A program made the translations under genes and the position numbers. Shown here in pieces: positions 30,543-39,892 of a stretch of DNA of 64,000 nucleotides. The notes below the pieces were generated by a model. The model had not been told where the DNA came from and made no database searches. It saw only the letters and a list, made by a program, of their open reading frames with translations. Every line of letters starts with the position of its first letter. The stretch's first letter is position 1. This DNA comes from an uncultured virus (IMG/VR IMGVR_UViG_3300044611_001416) (Duplodnaviria; Heunggongvirae; Uroviricota; Caudoviricetes). The stretch lies in IMG/VR virus record IMGVR_UViG_3300044611_001416, one strand, 5' to 3'.

Positions 30543-32309
30543 ATGAAAGAAATTTATTCATATACTTTGACGGATTACACCACGATAAAATTCGAGGGTA
30601 CTAATGATTTATGTTTTGATAAACATGAGACTGTGAATCCATTGGGGGATGACGAACCATTAAAGAAAAAAGTTACACTATCAACCGATGATTGGGATGG
30701 AGGGTATTATGGTAAATTTAAACAAGAATCTGTTAGTGAAGACAAAGAGGATTTTATTAAAAACTATGGTAATCCTTTATGTACTGTAAGGTTGTACAGA
30801 AGAACCATTGTTGTTACTGAGAAGGATAATAAGATTGCTTTAAAAATATTTGAATATAACCGAGTTAGGATTAAGGCGACCAAATATTTTAGGTTATCAA
30901 CAAGAGTTGAATTTCTAACATTTAATCATACAACAAATTCATTATATACGGGTTATATTCTAGACTATCATAAAAAAAGAAAGTGTCGTAAAAAAATTAG
31001 AAGGTGTATTTTTGCTGAAGACCCAATTAATCGTTTTCGTTCTTTAATAAATTCTTTATTTGGTGACTACAATAAAAAAGTTATTGAACCTAAAATTTGG
31101 GGGAGGTCTGATTTAATTAATCATATTATTAATTTGTTTGTTAACTCAATCCCTGGCACTGAAAAATACCCTGAATTATCACCTGAGTTAAAATTATATA
31201 AACGATACTTAGATTATTCGGGTATTAAATTCTCAAACAATTGGAGTTCGTTTATATTATATAATCCACAACCTAAAAAGGTTGAGTTGGTTAAGAATGG
31301 TATGAAATATATTGATACTATTATTAGTAACGCAGGTCTTAATGGAGATAAACTTAAACGTGTATTACATAAAGTAAAACAATGTGATTTTACAACATTA
31401 TCTTATACTTATGAGGTTTTTGGTAAGAATTTTATAATGTCACAAAATGACGATATCATTAAAAAAATGATTGAAAACTCCGTGGTTAACGGTAGTGGCG
31501 TACAGGTTAATTTTACTAACAAGGAAAACCAAAACTCGTTCGATATCTTCAAGTTAGTATTAGATGGACAAATAAATTATAATACCTTCCATGACCATTT
31601 AAACTTTCATAATTTCTTAAATAATTTAGAAACAATTAAGTGGAAGTCTTCTAATTACGAAGACTTTATGGATGAACACTTTGAGTGGTCAGAAAAACAA
31701 GCGTTCTATACGTCAGGTGACTTTAAAAGATATTATGGTGAGAAGTTTAAGTCAGAAGTTGAAAGACCGTTATTGGGTGTAAATGTTCATTTTCCTGTTT
31801 TATTGACCACTAGTAAAGAATATAATAAAGAATCTTTCATACAGTCTAATTGTGTTAAAACTTATATTAAAAAACCACACTCAGTTATTGTATCTTTAAG
31901 AAGAGATAATGTTGATTCTGAATATAGAGTGACTATTGAATACTTTATTAAGTATAGTGGTGGTAAAGTAGTTGAATTGAAAAGAGTACAATCATTAGGT
32001 AAATTTAATTATAACTTTGGGGAAGATTGGTCAATTATTTTAGAAAACCTTGATAGACGAATAGATAACTTGGTTAAAAAAGAATTGTTTGTTTTACCTG
32101 AGATAGAATCTATATTTGGTCACAAAACAATCAAAAGTAAATTAGTTGAAATAGGCCCAAACCAATTTTATGATGTTCATAACAGAGGTAGTGAAACTAA
32201 ATTAGATTGGGATAATGATATGATATATAATGTTGCTTTAAAACAAAGTATATTTGATGATTTTGAACCTAATAATTTACTAAATATGATTAATGAATTA
32301 GATTTTTAA
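30543..32309 (+). CDS. PcfJ-like domain protein
   Basis: C-terminal EYNKESFIQSNCVKTY...SLR...RVTIE pattern. Confidence 0.6.
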   Translation: MKEIYSYTLTDYTTIKFEGTNDLCFDKHETVNPLGDDEPLKKKVTLSTDDWDGGYYGKFKQESVSEDKEDFIKNYGNPLCTVRLYRRTIVVTEKDNKIALKIFEYNRVRIKATKYFRLSTRVEFLTFNHTTNSLYTGYILDYHKKRKCRKKIRRCIFAEDPINRFRSLINSLFGDYNKKVIEPKIWGRSDLINHIINLFVNSIPGTEKYPELSPELKLYKRYLDYSGIKFSNNWSSFILYNPQPKKVELVKNGMKYIDTIISNAGLNGDKLKRVLHKVKQCDFTTLSYTYEVFGKNFIMSQNDDIIKKMIENSVVNGSGVQVNFTNKENQNSFDIFKLVLDGQINYNTFHDHLNFHNFLNNLETIKWKSSNYEDFMDEHFEWSEKQAFYTSGDFKRYYGEKFKSEVERPLLGVNVHFPVLLTTSKEYNKESFIQSNCVKTYIKKPHSVIVSLRRDNVDSEYRVTIEYFIKYSGGKVVELKRVQSLGKFNYNFGEDWSIILENLDRRIDNLVKKELFVLPEIESIFGHKTIKSKLVEIGPNQFYDVHNRGSETKLDWDNDMIYNVALKQSIFDDFEPNNLLNMINELDF

Positions 32310-32310
32310 G

Positions 32311-32622
32311 ATGAAAGAAATTCCTTTATTTTGTGTTGAAATGTTTACCAAAAAGTATGGTGTTCATCCTAGTTTTGTTGAGGTGATGTTACCATATTCA
32401 GAATCCGCAATTAAAACGGTAATTAAGAAATCGTATTTACTATGGTACAATGACTTTGTTAATGAGAAAGGTGAAGTGTTAACTAAAGACACGTTATATG
32501 AATACGATTCAACAGGAGTTCTTTTGTATTTTAAAAACGGTACTCATATATTTATATTAACAAAACCCGACAAGAAAAGTATTGTTGAGTTTTTTATACA
32601 TAACTTAAAAAAAATAAAATAA
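32311..32622 (+). CDS. Hypothetical protein
   Basis: 103-aa ORF. Confidence 0.65.
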   Translation: MKEIPLFCVEMFTKKYGVHPSFVEVMLPYSESAIKTVIKKSYLLWYNDFVNEKGEVLTKDTLYEYDSTGVLLYFKNGTHIFILTKPDKKSIVEFFIHNLKKIK

Positions 32623-32625
32623 ACT

Positions 32626-32949
32626 ATGGAAATTACACAAGAATTATTACAGGAAAAAATTAACAACGGAGAAAAATTAGTTGTGGATTTTTGGGCACCT
32701 TGGTGTGGCCCTTGTAAAATGATGAAACCTGTTTTTGAAACCGTTGCGGAAAAATATCAAAAAGAAAATTCTGAAGTACAATTATATACATTGAATGTTG
32801 AAGAGAATAAAGAATTTTCGTCCAAGTTAGGAATTAGAGCAATCCCTACAATAAAATCTTTTGCCAATGGTAAAGAACAATTTTCAAGACCAGGATTACA
32901 AATGGAGTCTCAAATAAATGATATTGCAAAAAATTTATTAAATGGATAA
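32626..32949 (+). CDS. trxA: Thioredoxin
   Basis: DFWAPWCGPC and IPT motifs. Confidence 0.95.
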   Translation: MEITQELLQEKINNGEKLVVDFWAPWCGPCKMMKPVFETVAEKYQKENSEVQLYTLNVEENKEFSSKLGIRAIPTIKSFANGKEQFSRPGLQMESQINDIAKNLLNG

Positions 32950-33226
32950 AGTATTAATTCTTTTCACAATGGAGGGTTGTCCTTTTTGTGATATAATGAA
33001 AGAACAATTAAATGAGATTGATATCGATTATGTGGTTAGGGATATTAACGAATATGAGGAAGAATATGACATGTTTGTTGAGATTACCGAAAATGACTTT
33101 GTACCGGCATTTATGATTATTGAATCACCTGATGAAAATCCTAAGACCATGTTATTTGCTCCTGATAGAGATTTCAATGAAATTGAAGACGGGGTTAAAA
33201 TAATTAAAGAACATTTTAATTTATAA
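32942..33226 (+). CDS. Glutaredoxin-like protein
   Basis: CPFC and FVP motifs. Confidence 0.8.
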   Translation: MDKVLILFTMEGCPFCDIMKEQLNEIDIDYVVRDINEYEEEYDMFVEITENDFVPAFMIIESPDENPKTMLFAPDRDFNEIEDGVKIIKEHFNL

Positions 33227-33261
33227 AAATCCTTCACTGGATTTTTTTATGTATTTACGAT

Positions 33262-33786
33262 ATGAATTTGACTTTTAAAAAAAATGGTGTCACTCATCAT
33301 CCTGCAAGAACTTGGGAATTAACTGACGGTAATTACATTAATATTTATCAGGGTAGTCGTGGACACAATCCAGAGTTAGATTTTATTGTTAAATATAAAA
33401 CTGAAAAATCTAGATTAAGAGCACCATCACATACTCATTGGATTGTTGATTTACTTTTAAAATGTGAACATAATCCAAATGGAGTTAATTCTTATGTAAC
33501 TGAATGGTTAGAGATATACGATGTTGCCTCAGCATTCAACTCTATTGAGGAACGTAATAATTATTGTTTAATGTATAACGATTATTTTACCGAAAAATAT
33601 GATTTATTACAAAATTTAGGTGTTTTTTCAGTTGAATTTTTATCCGCAATGATTGAATTGTTTATTAAGTGTGAAAAACAAACGCCCAATGCCTTCATGT
33701 TTAAAACCCTTTTAGTTTTAATTAAAGATTATTGTGAGGGTAAAAAAGACTTCTACCAAGTAGTGTCCTATTCTAAACGAGTTTAA
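33262..33786 (+). CDS. Hypothetical protein
   Basis: 174 aa with RLRAPSHTHWIVDLL motif. Confidence 0.7.
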   Translation: MNLTFKKNGVTHHPARTWELTDGNYINIYQGSRGHNPELDFIVKYKTEKSRLRAPSHTHWIVDLLLKCEHNPNGVNSYVTEWLEIYDVASAFNSIEERNNYCLMYNDYFTEKYDLLQNLGVFSVEFLSAMIELFIKCEKQTPNAFMFKTLLVLIKDYCEGKKDFYQVVSYSKRV

Positions 33787-34604
33787 AAAATAATTAAATC
33801 TTTTGTTCTATCATGGATTAACCATGGTTTATCACTAATAGGATTATTTAAATCCTCAGAAACATCGTAGTTTAATATGGTAGTTTGAAATTTATTTAAA
33901 TTAAAATCAAATACATCCAATACCATAGATTTAATTGTTTCTTCCTGATAAATCGAATCTGAAATTATTCTTATATTAAAATCGTAATCTTGGTTTTTAA
34001 GCGTTGATATTTTGAATAATATCTTATTTGAATTAATTACTTTGAATAACTGATTACAAATATATTCTGAATAATAAAAATATAATCTACCCATACTTAA
34101 ACTATGTCCGTATGGGAATTCTGATGAAATATTAAGAGGTGAATAAGAGAAGTAACTTAATTTTGTTGTATCTTCATGACCAAAATCTAACTCAACCATG
34201 AACCCTTTATGGTCCGATACTGAATTATATTTAACAGTATTATCTGATTGAACAAAGTCAATCATTTTTTGGTTAAATGACGGTCTTTCAGTATTATAGA
34301 AGGTGAACCAATATTCTTCCTTCTTAACTAATTCATTATTGTATAAGATTAGGTCGACAACATTTATATTATCATAACCGTACTTGTTCAACAAGGATTC
34401 GTTTTCTTTATAAAACCTTTCTTTAACGTCAGACATGTCTAATATCTTAGAAGAGTTTGTCATACCGTTTATTACAAAGAATTTACCACAATCAGTTATC
34501 TCAACTACCGTATCGTATTTTGTATCTTTGTTTATCTCTTTTAAAACAAAATCGGCAAAACTGTTTACGATTCCTTTATTTGAATATTTATTGATGTAGT
34601 TCAT
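33783..34604 (-). CDS. Degenerate S-adenosylmethionine synthetase (MetK/MAT)-like protein lacking catalytic motifs
   Basis: Manual alignment to the MetK N- and C-terminal segments (see findings). Confidence 0.65.
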   Translation of the reverse strand: [273 protein letters not shown]

Positions 34605-34703
34605 TTTTAATAATTATACCAATTAATAGTAAAAATAATTTAGATTATAAATAGAAAAAGAGGTGTTTATCACCCCTTTTTAATAACAGAAATAAGAAAT
34701 ATA

Positions 34704-34877
34704 TTACTTCTTATTGTAGTACTTCTCAACAACTTTCTTAATTGACTCTTGAATAGAAGAGTTATTAGTAGTTTGCCCTTGAACCTGAGCCAAAGTTTGA
34801 TTTTGACTACTTTGTTGAGGGGTCGAAACTGTTTGAGGTTGAGTTTGATTTCCTTTATTTTTGCAACCGCAGCCCAT
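34704..34877 (-). CDS. 57-aa MGCGCK Gln-rich protein (not in ORF track)
   Basis: Open frame MGCGCKNKGNQTQPQ...IQESIKKVVEKYYNKK; TATTTAT upstream at 34911-34917 (-). Confidence 0.7.
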   Translation of the reverse strand: MGCGCKNKGNQTQPQTVSTPQQSSQNQTLAQVQGQTTNNSSIQESIKKVVEKYYNKK

Positions 34878-34984
34878 GGTAATAATATTTAGATTTGTTT
34901 ATTCTTATTTATAAATATCACCAATTAATATTTAATGTCAAGAAAATCAAGTTAAATTTATTTTATTTTCAAGTATTTATAGAC

Positions 34985-36349
34985 ATGGCAAATAAAGTGA
35001 GACTTACTGAACAGGGGTTACAACAACTAATTAAAAGAATTGTTGAGGAAGTTGATGGTGAATATTATAAAATATCACCAGAAGAATATTTAGAACTATT
35101 AAAGTTATCGGGGTATCACGGACAAGGAATTAGCAGATTACCAAAGTTTCAAGGAAAACCTTTGTGGATAACCGGTGATTTAAAAATAAGTAACACATCA
35201 ACAGATTCTTTAGGGAATGTTGGTTATGTTGATGGTAGTTTAGATATATCAAACACTAAGATAAGTGACATATCAAAAATTAATGTTAAAAACCATGTAT
35301 GGGATGGCGGGACTCCAGTTCAACGAAAAAGATTGGCGGCCGAATTACAAAAAAAGAAAAATGAAATGGATGTTCTTCGCGATAACGATGAATGGAACAT
35401 TAATAATACAGATGATGTAGGTTTAAAGGCTAATGCCTTATTTAAATATTTAGTTTCTGTCGGTTTAGATGTATTAGACGAAGAGGGTCAAGAAAAATTA
35501 TCTAACTTAAAAATTGAGTTAGATAAACTACAAGACAAATATAACAACGTTGAAGAACCTGAATTAGTTTCTGGTTTATATGATGAAATTAGTGATTTAG
35601 AGGGTGATATTGAAGGTTTAGAGAATGAAAATAATGATGTTTATATCATTTCCCCAAATCGTTATAGTACCTATGGGTTACAAAGTTTTGAAGTCTTAAG
35701 CCCTGAGTTTACAGACATGGTTTATAGTGTTGGGACCTCTGATGAGATGGATGACGCGGCGTTAATATACGCTAAAAATTATATTGATGAGGTTGGACTT
35801 GATGGGTTTAATCGGGGTTTTATTGATGAATACATTGATATTAATTATCTTAGAAGTTACTTTAGTGATTGGTTTGAAGATGATATACGACAAAATTCTG
35901 AAGTTTATTTTAGTGAAGATGATTTTAAATTAACTCAAAAACAAGAAGAAGAAAAAACTAAATTAGAACAAGAGATTGAAGAATATGAAGAAAGACAAAG
36001 TAATTTAGATTTTGACACTGAAGCTCCTGAGGAATTTCATAGAATGTATGACCAAATACAAGACCACATCGATACCTTACAAGAAGAATTAGATAATATA
36101 ACACCTGATGATGAACCTACCGAGGAAATGATAGAAGAACTTCTTGAAAGTAGGTTAAATGATGTTGAAGACAGTCCTATATATTATATTAAAGAATATG
36201 GTGCTGACATTAGAAATTTTATTGACGAAGACGCTTTAGCTAAAGGACTTGTTGATAGCGACGGATGGGGTGTTATGAACGGGTATGATGGAGATTATGA
36301 GGAAGTAACCGTAAATGGGCAAGATTTTTATATTATGAGAGTCGAGTAA
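34985..36349 (+). CDS. Acidic protein with RLTEQ leader motif and short LRR-like units
   Basis: ATG 34985 after TATTTATA; MANKVRLTEQGLQQLIKRIVEE; GDLKISNT / GSLDISNT units. Confidence 0.75.
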   Translation: MANKVRLTEQGLQQLIKRIVEEVDGEYYKISPEEYLELLKLSGYHGQGISRLPKFQGKPLWITGDLKISNTSTDSLGNVGYVDGSLDISNTKISDISKINVKNHVWDGGTPVQRKRLAAELQKKKNEMDVLRDNDEWNINNTDDVGLKANALFKYLVSVGLDVLDEEGQEKLSNLKIELDKLQDKYNNVEEPELVSGLYDEISDLEGDIEGLENENNDVYIISPNRYSTYGLQSFEVLSPEFTDMVYSVGTSDEMDDAALIYAKNYIDEVGLDGFNRGFIDEYIDINYLRSYFSDWFEDDIRQNSEVYFSEDDFKLTQKQEEEKTKLEQEIEEYEERQSNLDFDTEAPEEFHRMYDQIQDHIDTLQEELDNITPDDEPTEEMIEELLESRLNDVEDSPIYYIKEYGADIRNFIDEDALAKGLVDSDGWGVMNGYDGDYEEVTVNGQDFYIMRVE

Positions 36350-36391
36350 AAGTATTCATTTATTTATAAAATTTTTGTATATTTTTAATAA

Positions 36392-37168
36392 ATGGAAAAG
36401 AAAGGGAGACATAAAAAAGTTGAGTTTATAATGGATACTGATTGGTTATTTCAAGGTATCTTAGATGCTGAACAAAAACAATACGTTTTATTAGACTATT
36501 TCCAAAAATTAAATAAACATTTGGAATTAATGGAGGTCTATCCAATGTTTATTGAACTATCACTACATTTAGGGAATATTCAAACCTTACTTAATAAAAA
36601 CCAAATTTTATATACTGATAAAAAATTTTTAACTAATGATGATGAGTTAGTATTATCGGATTTAAAAGTTAAAGACATTCCTGTTCTTGCGGACGAAGAA
36701 ATTGACGAGTACCATCAGATTTTAAAAAATACACAACCACAATTATTTTACTACTTTAATTTTGCAAAATCAATTTGGAGTATGGTGTATGATTCTGTCG
36801 ATATTGTTGTAAAAAAAAATAAAAATAATTTTAAAAGTAATTCAGGGTTTTTTTATTTTAAATCTAAAAATATTGTTTATGTATGGCAATATACCACCAA
36901 AAAAGTTTATAGGGTTAAGAATCAAAGTAAAACAACTACAAAATTAGTTTACGAAGGACCACAAAATAATTTGACAATGTTAGAAATTATTTCTAAATTT
37001 TCTAAAACATATGAAAAGAACGAGGAAGTTAATAATCCTGTTTTTGAAATGTTTTGTAAAGATATATTTCCGCTTGAGGAAACGTTAATTCCAATCTTTA
37101 AAAGAAAAGTGTTAACATATATTAGTCAAAGTGGTGGTAGTAAAAAAACGGTTAAATATATAGAATAA
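36392..37168 (+). CDS. Hypothetical protein
   Basis: 258-aa ORF. Confidence 0.75.
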   Translation: MEKKGRHKKVEFIMDTDWLFQGILDAEQKQYVLLDYFQKLNKHLELMEVYPMFIELSLHLGNIQTLLNKNQILYTDKKFLTNDDELVLSDLKVKDIPVLADEEIDEYHQILKNTQPQLFYYFNFAKSIWSMVYDSVDIVVKKNKNNFKSNSGFFYFKSKNIVYVWQYTTKKVYRVKNQSKTTTKLVYEGPQNNLTMLEIISKFSKTYEKNEEVNNPVFEMFCKDIFPLEETLIPIFKRKVLTYISQSGGSKKTVKYIE

Positions 37169-37374
37169 TGGGGCTCAAAAGTAGATTTATTGATATTGAT
37201 AGCATCAATCATTACTTAAAAGGTAATGAAAAATTAGATATGTTATTTAAGGCGGATTCTTTTATTTTTATGGATGAAACTGCGTCTAAAGTTTACGAGT
37301 GGTATATTAAAAAGTTAACTGATGAAGAAATAAAATTAAAAATCAGTGAGTATTATATAAATAAAATAAAGTAA
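37168..37374 (+). CDS. Hypothetical protein
   Basis: Coupled 68-aa ORF. Confidence 0.6.
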   Translation: MGLKSRFIDIDSINHYLKGNEKLDMLFKADSFIFMDETASKVYEWYIKKLTDEEIKLKISEYYINKIK

Positions 37375-37379
37375 AAAAG

Positions 37380-38573
37380 ATGATAAAAATTGAATATGTA
37401 TGGTTAGATGGATATGCACCAGAACCTAATTTAAGAAGTAAGATAAAAGTAATTGAAGGTGTGATTACTGATTTAACAAAAGTACCTGAATGGAACTTTG
37501 ATGGTTCGTCAACAAAACAAGCCGAAGGATATAGTTCTGATTGTATATTAAAACCCGTTCGAATATATCGTGAGAATGATTGTTATAATAAAGTGTATGT
37601 GTTTTGTGAGGTAATGAATCCTGACGGAACACCACATGAATCAAACCATAGAACCATGTTAGGTGACGAGGTTAATGATATGTGGTTTGGGTTTGAACAA
37701 GAATATTTTATTCAAGAGGGTATTGGGAAATCAATATTAGGATTTAATCGAGGTCATATTGAAGGACAAGGTAAATACTATTGTGGTGTCGGTAGTAATG
37801 TTGTTGGACGACAATTAGTTGAAGAACATATGGATTTATGTTTAAATATGGGGATTGAAATTACCGGAGTTAATGCTGAAGTTGCTTTGGGACAATGGGA
37901 ATATCAAGTGTTTGCTAAAGGTAAAATTAAAGCTGGTGATGATTTATGGATGTCAAGATATTTGATGGAGAAATTATCTGAAAAATACGGATATCATATT
38001 AACTACCACCCAAAACCTATTACTGCGGGTGATTGGAATGGTTCGGGTTTACATACAAACTTTTCAACAAAAAAGATGAGAGAAGTTGGGGGTGAAGGTT
38101 ATTTCAAAACACTATTCAATGCGCTTGAGTCAAGAAAAGAACAACATATTGAAGTTTACGGTTCAGATAATAATCTTAGATTAACTGGTAAACATGAGAC
38201 ACAATCAATCCATAAATTTAGTTGGGGGGTAAGTGACAGAGGAGCTTCAATTAGAGTTCCAAGGTTAGTTGCAGAATTATGGAAAGGGTATCTTGAAGAT
38301 AGACGGCCAGCATCCAATGCAAACCCATACGAGGTTATCAAAGCAATTAGTGATACTATTGATATGGCTGACGAATTATCGGTTACATTAAGTAATATGT
38401 TTTCAAATGTTAATACTAAAAACTTTGATGATTTAAAATCTAAATACAATGGAATACCAACCGCAGAAGAACTTTTGGAGGAGTATAAAAATGATGATGA
38501 TTATGAGTTATCTGAAAAAATGATGGAGTCTAAAGCAAATGTTAAACCAGAGTTTATTAATAACAAAAACTAA
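37380..38573 (+). CDS. glnII: Glutamine synthetase type II
   Basis: EYVWLDG, WNFDGSST, GFEQEY, WNGSGLHTNFS, RLTGKHET, DRGASIR and YLEDRRP motifs. Confidence 0.95.
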   Translation: MIKIEYVWLDGYAPEPNLRSKIKVIEGVITDLTKVPEWNFDGSSTKQAEGYSSDCILKPVRIYRENDCYNKVYVFCEVMNPDGTPHESNHRTMLGDEVNDMWFGFEQEYFIQEGIGKSILGFNRGHIEGQGKYYCGVGSNVVGRQLVEEHMDLCLNMGIEITGVNAEVALGQWEYQVFAKGKIKAGDDLWMSRYLMEKLSEKYGYHINYHPKPITAGDWNGSGLHTNFSTKKMREVGGEGYFKTLFNALESRKEQHIEVYGSDNNLRLTGKHETQSIHKFSWGVSDRGASIRVPRLVAELWKGYLEDRRPASNANPYEVIKAISDTIDMADELSVTLSNMFSNVNTKNFDDLKSKYNGIPTAEELLEEYKNDDDYELSEKMMESKANVKPEFINNKN

Positions 38574-38581
38574 TAATATAA

Positions 38582-38881
38582 ATGAAAGATAATTGTGTGT
38601 GTAACCCAATAAATGGGGGAGATGGTAATTGCCAGTGTGTAAATTCATCTAATGTTAACATAGAAAAAGAAATGGTAAATCATCCTGACCATTACCAATT
38701 TGGTAAAAATAATGAATACGAAGCAATAAAAGTTATTGACGCTTGGGATTTAGGGTTTAGTTTAGGAAATGCAATAAAATATATTAGTCGTGCAGGAAAA
38801 AAAAGAAAAGATACAGAACTTGAAGACCTCAGAAAAGGACTTTGGTACCTCCAACACCATATCGAAAACATCGAAAAATAA
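38582..38881 (+). CDS. DUF3310-like protein
   Basis: VNHPDHY...GNAIKYISRAGKK...EDLRKGLWYL. Confidence 0.85.
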   Translation: MKDNCVCNPINGGDGNCQCVNSSNVNIEKEMVNHPDHYQFGKNNEYEAIKVIDAWDLGFSLGNAIKYISRAGKKRKDTELEDLRKGLWYLQHHIENIEK

Positions 38882-39185
38882 AACAGGACTTAGTAAAGAA
38901 ATTTCAGTTTTAGATGCAATTACAACACCAAGTGAATTACTACGAGAAACTTTTATTAATTTTATGTGGGGATTTTTAGGTAATTCTATTGTTGTGTTTG
39001 TCGCAAAAGAATTGGACTTTTTAGTTTTAATAAATTATATTTTGTATTACGTTTTAATTTCGTATATTGTCAACAGAAAAAAATATGATACAATTTTAGG
39101 TAAGTTTATAGTTCTCCCTGGTTCGGCCGCGGGAGGAGCATTTGCGGGATATAAATTAGCTCAAATAATTACAGAAATGGTTTAA
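38790..39185 (+). CDS. Membrane protein
   Basis: Three hydrophobic segments; start uncertain. Confidence 0.6.
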   Translation: MQEKKEKIQNLKTSEKDFGTSNTISKTSKNKTGLSKEISVLDAITTPSELLRETFINFMWGFLGNSIVVFVAKELDFLVLINYILYYVLISYIVNRKKYDTILGKFIVLPGSAAGGAFAGYKLAQIITEMV

Positions 39186-39202
39186 TTAAAAAAAGATAAG
39201 AT

Positions 39203-39274
39203 ATGATAGGTAGTTTAGTGTATGTAAGTTTGTTATTGAATGTAGTATTAATTTTAAAATTGATACGCAAATGA
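39203..39274 (+). CDS. 23-aa hydrophobic peptide (not in ORF track)
   Basis: MIGSLVYVSLLLNVVLILKLIRK; ATGA overlap with the next ORF. Confidence 0.5.
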   Translation: MIGSLVYVSLLLNVVLILKLIRK

Positions 39275-39360
39275 TGATAGTAATGGGAATTTTAATTGTT
39301 GTTGCGATAGTGTTAACAACTGTGTTAGTGATGGACATTTTAATTGATATAATAATATGA
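39271..39360 (+). CDS. 29-aa hydrophobic peptide (not in ORF track)
   Basis: MMIVMGILIVVAIVLTTVLVMDILIDIII; ATGA overlaps on both sides. Confidence 0.55.
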   Translation: MMIVMGILIVVAIVLTTVLVMDILIDIII

Positions 39361-39887
39361 AATACTACAAAATAATTTTGGCCGGTAAAGGAGCTGAACT
39401 TTACCCATTTCAATTAAACACAAAACAATACGAAACTTTTCGTGATAACGGGGTAGAACAAGATGAGATGGAATGCGATGATATATGTGAAATATTAGAA
39501 GTTGAAAGTTTCCTTGATTCGACAAACGAATCTATTATGGGGCCTTTTGCGGATTCATTTATTTTAAGAGTTGAAGATGAGTATGGAAAAGTTGTTTATG
39601 AAACAGAAGTTTTGGATATAAAAAAAATTGATTACGAAGAAAAATATTGTAGTAATAAAGCTTTTTTAATTGTTGAAAATTATTGTAAAGGTGAACAAGT
39701 AATTTATGATATACCACTTGAAGAAGATTTTGATATTGATAAATTAAGATTAAAAGTCTATGATGTTGGTTGTAGAGTCGAAGTAGTAAACGAAATTATA
39801 TATGATGAAAAATCATATGAAATTTATAAATCATATGGTGATACAACTAGTAAAGGATTTAATTATCATTTAACCGCAGGAATTTAA
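39357..39887 (+). CDS. Acidic hypothetical protein
   Basis: 176-aa ORF. Confidence 0.7.
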   Translation: MKYYKIILAGKGAELYPFQLNTKQYETFRDNGVEQDEMECDDICEILEVESFLDSTNESIMGPFADSFILRVEDEYGKVVYETEVLDIKKIDYEEKYCSNKAFLIVENYCKGEQVIYDIPLEEDFDIDKLRLKVYDVGCRVEVVNEIIYDEKSYEIYKSYGDTTSKGFNYHLTAGI

Positions 39888-39892
39888 AAATT

